From: Hemiscyllium ocellatum
Lineage: Eukaryota
DNA: 64,000 nt
Assembly (NCBI RefSeq): GCF_020745735.1
Contig: NC_083402.1
Span: forward strand, 7,378,001 to 7,442,000
Reading direction: 5' to 3'
The stretch's first letter is position 1. Each line of letters opens with the position of its first letter. A program made the translations under genes and the position numbers. Shown in pieces: positions 1 to 13,159 of the stretch. A model generated the notes under the pieces. It worked only from the letters and a program-made list of their open reading frames with translations. It was not told the DNA's origin and made no database searches.

Positions 1-650
1 CCAATCAATATTTGGCTAATCAGGCATGTACAAAAAGCACCCAAGGTTTCAGAGACGTCTCTCATGCTTACTGGCTACAGAACAGGCTTTTTAAGTCAAA
101 ATAATGTCATTGCCTTATTCTTGCACGTTCCACAAAACGTACAAGTAACTTACAGCCTCGTGAACATCCACATGTGGACATTCCAAATGAACCCTCCCAT
201 CAATTCTCCATGTTAGAGCTCGGTTTGTCGTTCAACGACACAATCAGACACGGGCCATTGACATTCAGCTCTGCAGCAATCATCGAGACATCCTCCTGTG
301 ACCCAAAGATGCTGTTAGCATCACCCCTGACTGTGGCCTGCATCATTATGAGAACTCTGATATTACATGGGTCAAGAGGTGCGACATGCAAGTGGCTTAT
401 GCCCTGGACTCCATCCACGTCACTACAACAGGCCAAACTGTACAAAGGATGTAACATAGCAGGCCAGAATCCGCGCATCTGGAATCTGATAAAGCCCATC
501 AGTCTGTCCAGTGGTACCATCATTGACCTCATTCTCAGCTAAAAGAGGCAAGAATATCTTGGCCGGTTCTCACCGACGGCCTTGAGGAATGTCATCACAT
601 TGCTCTAAGAAAGGATTCCCGAGCTTCCACATTTGCAGATCTCATGGGAG
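1..650 (+). mobile_element. Degenerate ERV integrase remnant (frameshifted, with stops)
   Basis: Pieces across + frames resemble retroviral integrase: YWLQ...CHCL (Zn-finger end), HVDI (first Asp), IIETSS...TVACIIMRTLILHG, TTGQTVQ, VQWYHH*PHSQ, ISWPVL, ALRNV. Alignment by eye only. Confidence 0.42.
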
Positions 651-689
651 CAATTGGCTGAGGAAGCAAGCAGAAAGTCTCAGATACAG

Positions 690-3600
690 TCACATAGATG
701 GGTTAACTCCAGGAAGGTTGAGAGAGATTGGCACTGAGGGCAGGAGACATTTGTGGATGTACCCATTTCAAACAGGTATGCTGTTTTGGAATATGTGGGG
801 GATGATGGGTTCTCAGGGGAACATAGCACGAACAGCCAAGTTTCTGGTATTGAGACTGGCTCTAATGCAACAAGGGGTGTGTCGGCTTCCAAGAGATCAA
901 TTGTGTAAGGGGATTCTATAGTCAGAGGTACAGACAGATGTTTCTGTGGCCAGCAGAGAAAAAGCAGAATAGTGTGTTGTTTCCCTGGTGCCAGGATCAA
1001 GGATGTCTCCGAGAGGGTGCACAATGTTCTCCGGGGTCAGGGGCCAGCAGGAGGTCATTGTCCACATTGGAACCAATAATGTTGGAAGGGAAAAGTTTGA
1101 GACTCTGGAGGGAGATTACAGAGAATGAGGCAGAAATTTAAAAAGGAGGTCCTCAAGGATAGTAATATCTGGATTACTCCCAGTGCAATGAGTTAGTGAG
1201 GACAGGAACAGGAGGATAGAGCAGATGAATGCATGGTTGAGGAGCTGGTGTATGGGAGAAGGATTCACATTTTTGGATCATTGGAATCTCTTTTGGGGTA
1301 GAAGTGACCTGTACAAGAAGGACGGATTGCACCTAAATTGAAGGGTACTAATATACTGGCAGGAAAATTTGCTAGAACTGCTCAGGAGGATTTAAACTAG
1401 TAAGGAGGTGGAGGGGGTGTGTGTGTGTGTGTGTGTGGGGGGGGGTTGGTGGAGGAGAATGGGACCCAGGGGGATAATGAGGAAAGAGATCGATCTGAGA
1501 CGGGTACAGCTGAGAACAGAAGTGAGTCAAACAGTCAGGGCAGGCAGGGACAAGGTAGGACTAATAAATTAAACTGCATTTATTTCAATGCAAGGGGCCT
1601 AACAGGGAAGGCAGATGAACTCAGGGCATGGTTAGAAACATGGGACTGGGATATCATAGCAATTGCGGAAACATGGCTTAGGGATGGGCAGGACTGGCAG
1701 CTTAATGTTCCAGGATATTCATGCTACAGGAAGGATAGAAAGGGAGGCAAAAGATGAGGGGAAGTGGCATTTTGGACAAGGGATAGCATTACATCTGTGC
1801 TGAGGGAGGATATTCCCGGAAATACATCCAGGGAAGATATTTGGGTGGAACTGAGAAATAAGAAAGAGATGATCACCTTCTTGGGATTGTATCATAGACC
1901 CCCAATAGGCAGAGGGAAATTGAGAAACAAACTTCTAAGGAGATCTCAGCTATCTGTAAGAATAATAAGGTAGTTATGGTAGAGGATTTTAACTTTCCAA
2001 GCATCGACTGGGACTGCCATAATGTTAAAGGTTTAGATGGAGAAGAATTTCTTAAGTGTGTAGAAGACAATGTTCTGATTCAGTGTGTGGATGTACCTGC
2101 TAGACAACGTGCAAAACGTGACCTACTCTTGGGAAATAAGGCAGGGCAGGTGACTGAGGTGTCAGTGGGGGAGCACTTTGGGGCCAGTGACCATAGTTCT
2201 ATTAGTTTTAAAATAGTGGTGGAAAAGGAAAGTCCAGATCTAAAAGTTGAAGTTCTAAATTGGAGAAAGGCCAATTTTGAAGGTATTAGGCAAGAACTTT
2301 TGAAAGCTGATTGGAGGTAGATGTTCACAGGTAAAGGGACGGCTGGAAAATGGGAAGCCTTCAGAAATGAGATAACAAGAATCCAGAGAAAGTATATTCC
2401 TGTCAGGGTGAAAGGGAAGGCTGGTAGGTATAGGGAATGCTGGATGACTAAAGAAATTGAGGGTTTGGTTAAGAAAAAGAAGGAAGCATATATCAGGTAT
2501 AGACAGGATAGATCGAGTGAATCCTTAGAAGAGTATAAAGGAAGTTGGAGTATGCTAGAGAAGAGGGAAATCAGGAGGGCAAAAAGGGGACATGCAATAG
2601 CTTTGCCAAACAGAACTAAGGAGAATCCAAAGGGTTTTTACAAATATATTAAGGACAGAAGGGTAACTAGGGAGAGAATAGGGCCCCTCAAAAATCAGCA
2701 AGGCGGCCTTTGTGTGGAGCCACAGAAAATGGGGGAGATACTGAATGAATATTTTGCATCAGTATCTACTGTGGAAAAGGATATGGAAGATATAGACTGT
2801 AGGGAAATAAATGGTGACATCTTGCAAAATGTCCAGATTACAGAGGAGGAAGTGGTGGATGTCTTGAAAAGGTTAAAAGTGGATAAATCCCAGGACCTGA
2901 TCAGGTGTACCCGAGAACTCTGTGGGAAACTAGAGAAGTGATTGCTGGGCCTCTTGCTGAGATATTTGTATCATCGATAGTCACAGGTGAGGTGCCAGAA
3001 GACTGGAGGTCAGCAAATGTGGTGCCACTGTTTATGAAGGGCAGTAAAGACAAGCCAAGGAACTATAGACCGGTGAGCCTGACCTCAGTGGTGGGCAAGT
3101 TGATGAAGGGAATCCTAAGGGACAGGATGTACATGTATTTGGAAAGGCAAGGACTGATTCATGTCAGTTAACATGGCTTTGTACATTGGAAATCATGTCT
3201 CACAAACTTGATTGAGTTTTTGAAGAAGTAACAAAGAAGATTGATGAGGGCAGAGCAGTAGATGTGTTCTATATGAACTTCAATGAGGTGTTCGACAAGG
3301 TTCCCCATGGGAGACTGATTAGCAAGGTTAAATCTCATGGAATACAGGGAGAACTAGCCATTTGGATACAGAACTGGCTCAAAGGTACAATACAGAGGGT
3401 GGTGGTGGAGGGTTGATTTTCAGACTGGAGGCCTGTGACCAGTGGAGTGCCACAAGGATGGGTGCTGGGTCCTCTTGTTTTTGTCATTTACATAAATGAT
3501 TTGAATGCGAGCATAAGAGGTACAGTTAGTAAGTTTGCAGATGACACCAAAATTGGAGGTGTAGTGGACAGCAAAGAAGGTTATCTCAAATTACAACAGG

Positions 3601-4444
3601 ATCTGGACCAGATGTGCCAATGCGCTGAGAAGTGGCAGATGGAGTTTAATTCAGATACATGCGAGGTGCTGCATTTTGGGAAAGCAAATCTTAGCAGGAC
3701 TTATACACTTAATGGTAAGGTCCTAGGGAGTGTTGCTGAACAAATAGACCTTAGAGTGCAAGTTTATAGCTCCTTGAAAGTGGAGTCACAGTTAGTTAGG
3801 ATAGTGAAGATGGCATTTGGTATGCTTTCCCTTATTGGTCAGAGTACAGAATACAGGAGTTGGGAGGTCATGTTGTGGCTGTCCAGGACATTGGTTAGGC
3901 CACTGTTGGAATATTGCGTGCAGTTCTGGTCTCCTTCCTATCAGAAAGATGTTGTGAAACTTGGAAGGGTTCAGAAAGGATTTACAAGGATGTTGCCAGG
4001 GTTGGCGGATTTGAGCTATAGGGAGAGGTTGAACAGGCTGGGGCTGTTTTCCCTGGAGTGTCGGAGGCTGAGGGTGATCTTATAGAGGTTTACAAAATTA
4101 TTTGAGGGGCATGAATAGGATAAATAGACAAAGTTTTTTTCCCTGGGGTCGATGGGTCCAGAACTAGAGGTCATAGGTTTAGGGTGAGAGGGGAAAGATA
4201 TAAAAGAGACCTAAGGAGAAACGTTTTCACGCAGAGGGTGGTACTTGTATGGAAATAGCTGCCAGAGGACATGGTGGAGGCTGGTACAATTGCAATGTTT
4301 AAGAGGCATTTGGATGGATATATGAATAGGAAGGGTTTGGAAGGATATGGGCTGGGCCCTGGCAGGTGTGTCTAGATTGGGTTGGGATGGATGGGTTGGA
4401 CCGAAGGGTTTGTTTCCATGCTGTACATCTCTTTGACTCTATGA
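690..4444 (+). mobile_element. Near full-length decayed CR1 LINE: ORF1 esterase about 690-1400, ORF2 APE-RT about 1560-4330, 3' UTR
   Basis: ORF1 motifs GDSIVRG, VHIGTN, DGLHLN; APE motifs YFNARGL, IAETWL, DFNFP, SDH; RT motifs NYRPVSLTS, GVPQG, KFADDTK; 3' tail gactctatga. Confidence 0.93.
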
Positions 4445-4445
4445 G

Positions 4446-4790
4446 TTGGAACATGAATGCGTTAACCCATCTATCAAGATCCGTCGGGCTAAAGACACTG
4501 TTAAAACTGTTTTATAATCTTAATCCTAGTGGCCCTGGATTTGGGATTGGAGACTAAATATCAACATTCATCCATAAGTTTGTATTGTTTGCAATGTGCT
4601 CGTTATTTTTCAATTGCTTGTGCTAATAATTTTAATAATCTATGATGTTGTATTGAAAAAGATGCTGAAGCAGGCAGCTACCAAGAAACAGCTCATTCCC
4701 CTTGTTTACAGAGCCTTTCTTAAGGATGATATTTTCAATCCCCCATCAGCTCCAGCAACTGAGGAGGAGGAACATTGGATAGTGATTTGA
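4446..4790 (+). pseudogene. Env-like C-terminal remnant (transmembrane anchor plus cytoplasmic tail) of an ERV
   Basis: GPGFGIGD*ISTFIHKFVLFA, then a frameshift into LVIFQLLVLIILIIY (hydrophobic), KKMLK (basic) and a stop at 4790, immediately before a purine tract and an LTR-like segment. Confidence 0.4.
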
Positions 4791-4842
4791 ATATATTTTG
4801 TGTCCATGGGCCATGGGTTGGCCATGCGCCAACAGTGGGGAC

Positions 4843-4904
4843 TGAGAGGGTGGAATTCCCCTCCACACACCACTTCCAGACCCAACCGCACGTGCGCGCG
4901 CACT

Positions 4905-4937
<33 letters not shown>

Positions 4938-5446
4938 ACACACACACACATACGTACAGTAGAATAGCCATGAAATAGTTAACTGAAAATGCTTAAGCAA
5001 GGCTTATACGGATAGAACAATGTGGTCTACTGACTATACCGACACCTCAATGACATTTCCGTTAGACCACTGGAGGATATACACTAACCGTTAGGCAGCT
5101 GATTGTCGAGATTAGTTAGGGGAAGTATAGCTGACAAAGTAGATAACTGATTAAATTATTAAACTAAAATGAGAGCAAATTCTGTGCTCGAGGGAGTGAC
5201 CACACCAGAAGGGGGGTGGGGTGGGGGGGACGGGAGAGGGGTGTGGAGACAAACTGCTGATAATTGCTAGACAAGTTGTTTATTTCTGCCTATAAAAAGC
5301 TCATGCTCATGAATCAGAGTGAGTTCGGTATTCCTGCATGTCTATCTGGAAGCCCTCTCCCTGTTACTGCTTGTAATAAATTGCTGGATTCGCTTGAACA
5401 ACTCCGAGTTGTTACTGCCTCAGTGAAGGTCACTCTTATACCACCA
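4843..5446 (+). mobile_element. Putative 3' LTR of the ERV
   Basis: Starts TG after cagtggggac (PPT-like) and ends CCACCA; TATAAAAA at 5291-5298, AATAAA at 5375-5380; followed abruptly by CR1 ORF2 sequence. No partner LTR in the window. Confidence 0.5.
4904..4953. repeat. (CA)n microsatellite
   Basis: Direct sequence. Confidence 0.95.
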
Positions 5447-7405
5447 GAGAGTACTTGTGACTTTGGGATGGCATCAAACAGAAACTTAGAGATGCGTGCA
5501 GTGATGGGACAGCAGTTATTATGGGTGACTTCCATTTACGTATTGATTGGACTAACCAAACAGGTAGCAATGCGTTGGAGAAGGATTTCCTGGAATGTAT
5601 GAGGGATGGTACCTCCACCATCCCATGTCCAGGAACCAAATGGACAGCAGGCCATCCTCGATTGGGTATTGGATTAGCAATATTGTGGTGTGAGAGTTTT
5701 TGGGGAAGATTAACTTTAATGTGGTGGAATTATTCAATAAGCTGGAGAGTGACATAATCAAATCTGAGACTAGGGTCCTGAACTTAAAGAAAGCTAACTT
5801 TGTTGGTACGAGGCGTGCATTGGCTAGGATAAGCTAACCAAGGGTTGGCAGGGACAGATAATGGCATTTAGTTAAAGAACACATAGATGAAATTCAGCAA
5901 TTATACCTCAATGTCTGGCATAAGATTAGATTAGGGAAGGTGGCTCAACCATGGCTAACAAGGGAAATCAAGGATAGTGTTAAAGCCAAAGTTGAGGCAG
6001 ATTAATTGGCCAGAAAAAACCTGAGGATTGGGACAATAGAATGCAGGAGTAAGCTTCTAGAAAATAAAAACTGACTGAAGATCTTGGAGTGCAGGTTCAT
6101 AGCTCCTTGAAAGTGGAGTTGCAGGTAGATAGGATAGTGAAGAAGGCATTTGGTATGCTTTTGTTTATTGGTCAGACTATTGAGTTGGGAGGTCTTGTTG
6201 CAGCTGCACAGGACATTGGTTCGGCCACTGTTGGAATACTGTGTGCAATAGGTCTCCTTCCTATTAGAAAGATGTTGTGAAACTTGAAAGGGTTCAGAAA
6301 GGATTTACAAGCATGTTGTCAGGATTGGAGGATTTGAGCTAGAGAGAGGTTAAATAGGCTGAGGCTATTTTCCTTGGAACATGAAGGCTGAGGGGTGACC
6401 TTATAGAGCTTTATAAAATCATGAGGGGCATGGATAGGATAAATAGACAAAGCCTTTTCCCTGGGGTGGGGGAGTCCATAACTAAAGGGCATGGTTTAAG
6501 GTGAGAGGGGAAAGATATAAAAGAGACCTAAGGGACAACTTTTATCATGCAGAAGGTGGTACATCTATAGACTGAACAGCCAGAGGAAGTGGTGGAGACT
6601 AGTACAATTGTAACATTTAAAAGACATCTGGATGGGTCTATGAATAGGAAGGGTTTGGACGGATATGGACCAGGTGCTGGCAGGTGGGACAAGATTGGGT
6701 TGGGATATCTGGTCATCATGGATGAGTTGGACTGAAGGGTTTGTTTCCGTGCTGTACATCTCTATGACTCTATGACTGCAAAAGCTTCTTTAGATATGTG
6801 AAGGGAAAAAGACTGGTGAAAACTACATTTAGAATCAAGTGAATTTTTAATGGAAAACAAAGTGATGGCAGATCAGTTGAACAAATACTTTAGAGGACAC
6901 AAATGACCTTCCAGAAATGCAAGGGGACAGAGGGTCAAGCATGAAGGAGGAGCTGAAGGAAATCCTTATTAGTCAGGAAATGTTATTGAGGAAATTGTTT
7001 GGAATAAAACCCAATAAGGCCCCAGGGCTTGATGCTCAGCATCCTAGAGTACTTAAGAAAGTAGCCTTAGAAATAGAGGATGCATTGGTGATCATTTTCC
7101 AGAATTCTATAGATTCTGGAAGCATTCTAATGGACCAGAGGGTAACTAATGTAACCCTACTTTTTAAAAAAATAGAGGGAGAGAGAAGATGAGGAATTAT
7201 AGTCTGGTTAGCCTGACATCAATGGTGGAGAAAGTGCTGGAAACAATTATTGAGGATGTAATAACTGAGCATTTGGAAAGCGGTGACAGAATCAGTCCAA
7301 ATCATTATGCATTCACTGAAGGGAAATCAGACTCGACAAATCTTCTGAATTTGTTTGCAGATGCGAACAGTAGAGTGGACAAGAGTGAATCAATAGATGT
7401 TGTGC
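5447..7405 (+). mobile_element. Old CR1 ORF2 fragments with a younger CR1 3' end nested at about 6075-6775
   Basis: MGDFHLRIDW (APE), KAPGLDAQHPRVLK and NYSLVSLTS (RT), and a 3' UTR with gactctat tail. Confidence 0.85.
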
Positions 7406-7639
7406 AAGAGGCCTCCGGCGTGTGTGTTTTTTTTCTCACTTCATCCCCCTTGTATGGTTCTCATGTCCTTTAGTTTTAGTCTTGTGTATTTCCAGACATC
7501 CATGGAACTCTGGATTTGTTGCTCTCATAGTTTTTGTTTGGATACTCTCCTTGACCATCTTTGTTAGTCTCAGGTAGTTTATCTTTCTCTTCGATCCTTC
7601 TTTTTGACCAGAATAAATAATTCTAAGCTTTGGGAAATA

Positions 7640-8420
7640 TCTATTTAAATGTCTGCCATTGCTCATCCTACTTTCTACTTTGCCATTTGCAATCCTACTT
7701 TAGACAACTCGTTTTCGTCATGCCTCTGTAATTGTCTTTATTTAAGTTGAGAACATTGCTTTTAGAACAAATTGTTCTCCCTCAAAATGATTTGAAATTC
7801 TGAAATGTTGTGATTGTTATGCCCTACAAAAACCTCAATTGCAGGAACTCTTCATAATTGTCTCTTATTACACATTACTAAATCTAAAACAATCTATTAC
7901 CGGGCAGATTCTACAACAAGCTCTCTAAGAAACAATCCCTTCTGCATTTTACACATTCATTTTCCTTGTTAGCTTTGCCTATCTAATTTGTTGAGTGAAT
8001 ATGGAGATTAAAATCACCAATGACAATTGTCATGCCTTTGCTGCATACCTCCACTATTTCCTAGTTTATAATTTAACCTGCAGTGAGGCAACTTTCCTAC
8101 AACTCCCACCAGTAATTTCTTATCCTTGATATCCATTATTTCCAACCAAACCAATTCCACATCATGATCTGTTGTATTAATATTGCTACTCATATCACTC
8201 TGATACCATCCTTTATTAACAATGCAACCCCACCTCCTTTCAATTCATGTCAATTTTTCCAGATAGATAAAGAATCCAAAGGTCTAATGTTTTCCATATC
8301 ATTTCTTAGCCTGGTGCCAAATTTTACTCCTATACACCCTCCTGTGTACATTCTCTGCCCTTTCCCATTAAACTTTATCATTCATCTCTTCACTAATCTG
8401 TGCTCTCTGCTCCCTCATTT
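7640..8420 (-). mobile_element. Degenerate CR1 APE-region fragment
   Basis: Reverse complement resembles the CR1 ORF2 N-terminus seen elsewhere in the window. Confidence 0.55.
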
Positions 8421-9514
8421 CTTTTTCAATGGTTGAGAGGGAACCTGATAAGATGGAGTGCACAAATAAGATGCATAATAAAACGCGTTTTCATCAGCAC
8501 AGGGGTCAGTGACCAGGGAATATAGATTTAAGTTAAATTATTGAGGAATGTAAGAGGAGAATTGACATACATTTTAACACAGAGGTTGATAAGTGTCTGA
8601 CACACAATGACTTAAACAGCAGTTGAGTCAGAAATGCTGGTAACATTTAAGTAGTATTTACATACTTATTTGCATTTCCATTTTCCACCTCAGTTGCTTG
8701 CATCTCTGCTTTCTCATTGATGTTGGATTTTTTAACTTTCCTCCAACTGAAACCCACCTTCCACCCCCACCCCCTACACCTGCCCCATTAAATAGTTTAA
8801 AGCCCTAATAAGTTGGTAAAAAGGCAAATGGACCAAAAGCTGCATGCTGGGAGAAATAGAGTCAGATCTTTGTTGACACAGACATGATAACCCAATTGGC
8901 CTCTTCCTATGCTGTAAATGTCCTGCTGTCCATGAATCTATAATGAAAACTTGAAGGAATGAATCTTCACACTATGAAGAGTTGATTGTCACTGATTGAC
9001 AATAATTAATACTCATTCTATTGATAAACTGGCATTGAGGCTGACATAGACAAGATGTAACATTCTGTGCTGCATTTTGTTTCTATCTACCTAAGAAATG
9101 TTGCAAGTTCACATTATTCAGTCAATCTCAATGCTCAGCCAACAGCAAGGTTGTTTATGTCACGTAGCAAATTTTGCCTGTGAATGTTCTGTATTTGTGG
9201 TATTGTTTGTAAGAAGTAACAATAAATACCTCTAGTCTCATTATTGTCTGAAACCTGGGTGTGCCTGCAGTATTCTGTACCTTCCCTCACTCTCTGGAAG
9301 GTCACATGAGTTCCTGTGGGCTCTGTCCCACTTGGAGCTCTGTTGGGAACATTTTGGCAACTTCAAGTAAGCGATGTTATCTTGCTTTCATTTTTTTTAA
9401 AGTCAATGATTTCTCCCTGATGAAGAAGCCACATTGAAGGAAAAGGCACATCTGCTGAACAGCAGCAGCTTTGGGAACTAAATACCAGACAGTGGTTGGG
9501 TCATCAACAAGGAG

Positions 9515-9709
9515 TCAAGAGTGCGGTTCTGGAAAAGCACAGCAAGTCAGGCAGCATCCAAGGAACAGGAGAATTGATGTTTTGGGCAAGAGCCTTCATA
9601 AGGAATGAAACATTGATTCTCCTGATGCCCGGATGCTACCTGACCTGCTGTGCTTTCCCAGCACCCACCCTCGACTCTAATCTTGAGCATCTACATCCTT
9701 ACTTCCTCT
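9515..9709. mobile_element. Head-to-head PLE-derived mini-element (hairpin) with a 14-bp TSD
   Basis: Arms are reverse complements (gaaaagcacagcaagtcaggcagcatcc / ggatgctacctgacctgctgtgctttccc); flanks tcatcaacaaggag (9501-9514) and tcatcaacgaggag (9710-9723). Confidence 0.75.
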
Positions 9710-9742
9710 TCATCAACGAGGAGGCAATTTGAAAGATGAGTA

Positions 9743-9802
9743 TTAGAACTGAACCGAGACTGACAGGAGGACTGCAGAAAGACAAACATAGAAAGATTTC
9801 AT
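9743..9802 (-). pseudogene. Paralogous signal-peptide exon (MKSFYVCLSAVLLSVSVQF*) that has lost its splice donor
   Basis: Reverse complement atgaaatctttctatgtttgtctttctgcagtcctcctgtcagtctcg matches the leader at 42423. The ggtcacagtaagt donor region is deleted, so the frame runs into TAA. Flanking homology spans 9375-9960 and 10883-11010. Confidence 0.78.
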
Positions 9803-9959
9803 CAGCAGGACTTTACTGTTTCACCCTCCTCGCTCAGTTCCTCTTGGCCTTTTACAGAAAAAAGACAGAAGTTACTTGACTTCCTCTGCCTGACCGAAAA
9901 ATGTTGATCAATCATCCATGAAATGGACCAAAAATACGATGTTTTGTATGGTCAGTAGG

Positions 9960-10880
9960 GAACAATGGACCTGAACACACAGATCTCTCTGTACATCAAT
10001 TTTCTCCAGGACTTTTCCATTTACTGGATAGTTTGCTCTTGAATTTAATCTTCAAAAATGCGTCACCTCACATTTATCGAGATGGAACGTCATCTGCCAT
10101 TTCTCTGCCCATTTCCCCAATCTATTTATATCCTGCTTTATTCTCTGACAGTCCCCTTCATTATCTGCTACTCCACCAACCTTGGTGTCATCTGCAAACT
10201 TGCTAATCAGGCAACTGATACATTTCTCCAAATAATTTATATATATCACAAACAATAGTGGTCCCAGCACAGATCCCTGTGGAACACCACTGGTCACATG
10301 TCTCATTTTGAGAAGCCCCCTTCCACCATTACTCTCTCTCTCCTGTTGCCCAGCCAGTTCTCTACCTATCTGGCTGGCACGCCCTGGAGCTCATGCAACT
10401 TCACCTTCTCCATCAGCCTACCATGGGGATCCTTATCAAATGCCTTACTATACAGTAAATGGAATTGCACACAATTAAGAAAGATCCTGTTGTAATCTGA
10501 GGTAACCCTCTTCGCTGTCCACTACACCTCCAATTTTGTTGTCATCTTCAAACCTACTAATTGTACCTCCTATGCTTGCATCCAAATCATTTATGTAAAT
10601 GACAAAATGTAGAGGACCCAGCACTGATCCTTGTGGCACTCCACTGGTCACAGGCCTCCAGTATGAAAAACAATCCTCCACCACCACCCTCTGCCTTCTA
10701 CCATTGAACCAGTTCTGTATCCAACTGGCTAGTTCTCCTTGTATTCCATGAGTTTTAACCTTGCTAATCAGTCTCCCAAAGTCCCAATTATTTCCTCTCT
10801 AGCTTCTCTCAGTAACTTGGGGTAGATCCCATCCAAGTCTACCTTAATGCCTTTTAGAATACCCAAAACTTCCTCCTTCT
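9960..10880 (-). mobile_element. CR1 RT fragments inserted in the paralogous promoter
   Basis: [13 protein letters not shown] and KFADDTK in - strand ORFs. Confidence 0.9.
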
Positions 10881-11061
10881 TACGCTGAGCAAATGACATA
10901 ACTGTTATAAAGTTGAAGTAACAACCACAACAACTGTTGAGAAAAGAAAATGTTGCATCAGCTTCCAATACATTTCTCAAAACCCTCAGTGTCAACATCA
11001 AACACTCCAAACGTTGGACAGCAGAGGTTTAGATACAGAGTATAGCTCCTCTACACTTCAT

Positions 11062-11345
11062 GGCCAGTACAGTGACTCAGTAGGTAACATTGCTGCTTCA
11101 CAGAACCAAGGAATTGGGTTCGAATTCACTCTTGGGTGATTGTGTGTGGGGAGTTTGGACATCCTCACTGAGCATGGATTTCCTTCAGGTGCACTGGTTT
11201 CCTCCCATTGTCCAATGCTGTGTGGATTTGGTGGATTACCAGTGGGAAATGCAACAATGGAGTAGGTACTTGGGTCTGGGTGTGATGCTCTTTGGAGGGT
11301 CAGTGTGGACTTAATGGGCCAAATGGCCTAGTTCCACATTCTAGG
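11062..11345 (+). mobile_element. Old HE1/V-SINE copy
   Basis: Similar to the copies at 20504 and 47800 (ggtttcctccc core, ggagggtcagtgtggact 3' part). Confidence 0.7.
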
Positions 11346-11379
11346 GACACTATTATTTCCATGATGCACTGTCCCCATC

Positions 11380-11760
11380 AAACACCCCCAGGGCAGGAAT
11401 AGCACCAGATCAGATAGAGAGTTTGACTTGATACAGATCCCTCTGTATTGTTGAATGGAGAACACAGATGGAGGCTGTTGCCTGGATTTTGCACATCCAG
11501 TGCCTCCAACCATTTCTTGATTCACATGAAGTGAATCAAATTGGCTGAAGACTGATATCTGTGATGCTGGGGACCACTGGATGAGGCTGAGATGGATCAT
11601 CCATTCAGCATGTCTGACCAGACATTGCTGTAAAAGCTTTAGCCTTGTCTTTTGTAATGATGTGCTGGGCTCTTCCATCATTGAACCTTGGGATATTTGT
11701 AGAGATACCTTCTCCTAAGAGTTATTTAATTGTCCACCATCATTTACAGTGGCAGGACTG
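11380..11760 (-). mobile_element. LINE fragment (L2/CR1-like) preceded by a short shark repeat
   Basis: Related sequence recurs at about 51960-52400. Confidence 0.5.
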
Positions 11761-11769
11761 CGGAGAATA

Positions 11770-13150
11770 GATCTGATCATTGGTTAATAAAGAACAAAGA
11801 GCAAAGAACAAAGAAAATTACAGAACTGGAACAGGCCCTTCAGCCTTCCAATCCAGATCATCTATTTAAACCTGCTGCCTACTTTCTAAAGATCTGTATC
11901 CCTTTGCTCCCTGTCCATTCATGTATCTGTTTAGATACATCTTAAATGACACTATCGTGCCTGCCTCTACCACCTCTGCTAACAACACATTCCAGGCCCC
12001 CACCACCGTCTGTGTCAAGAACTTTCCACGCATATCTCCCCTAAATCTTTCCCCTTTCACTTTGAACTCATGATCCCTAGTAATTGGGTTCCACACTCAC
12101 GGAAAAAGCTTCTTGCTATCCATCCTGTCTATACCTCTCATGATTTTGTGACCTCAAACAGGTCCCCCATCAATCTCTGACTTTTTAATGGAAATAGTCC
12201 TAATCTATTCAACCTCTCTTCACAGCTAGCTCCCTCCATACCAGGAAACAACCTGGTGAACCATCTCCGCACCCTCTCCAAAGCATCCACATCCTTTTGG
12301 TAATGTGGTGACTAGAACTGTAATCATTATTCCAAACGTGGCTGAACCAAAGTCTTATATAACTGTAAAATGACCTGCCAACACTTGTACTCAATACCTG
12401 GTTCATTGAAGGAAAGCATGCCATATGCTGTCTTGACCACTTTACTGACCTGCGTTGCCACCATCAGGAAACAATGGACCTGAACACCCAAATCTCTCTG
12501 TATATAAATCCTCTCCAGGACTTTTCCATTTACTATATAGTTCAACATTGAATTGGATCTTCCAAAATGCATCACCTCACATTTACCTGGATTGAACTCC
12601 ATCTGCCATTTCTCTGCCCATCTCTCCAATCGATTTATATCCTGCTTTATTCTCTGACAGTCCCCTTCATTATCTGCTACTCCACCAACCTTGGTGTCAT
12701 CTGCAAACTTGCTAATCAGGTAACTCATACATTCCTCTAAATAATTCCTATACATATCACAAACAACAGTGGTCCCAGCACAGATCCCTGTAGAACATCA
12801 CTGGTCACACATCTCCATTTTAAGAAACTCCCTTCCACTATTACTGTCTGTCTCCTGTTGCCCAACCAGTTCTCTAACAATCTAACTAGGACACCCTGGA
12901 GCTCATACAACTTCATCTTCTCCATCAGCCTACCATGGGAACCTTATCAAACGCCTTGATAAAGTCCATGTATATGACATCCAAAGCCCTTCCTCCATCA
13001 ATCAATTTTGTAACCTACTCAAAGAATTCTATGATTTTGGAAGACATGACCTTCCCTGTACCAAACCATGATGCCCATTACAGATAAAAGCATTTTCTTC
13101 CAAATGGGAATAGATCCTGTACCTCAGTATCATCTCCAGCAGCTTCCCTA
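11770..13150 (-). mobile_element. 5'-truncated CR1 (RT plus 3' UTR)
   Basis: KFADDTKVGG, WQMEFNPGKC, RGHEFKVKG. Confidence 0.92.
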
Positions 13151-13159
13151 CCGCTGACA

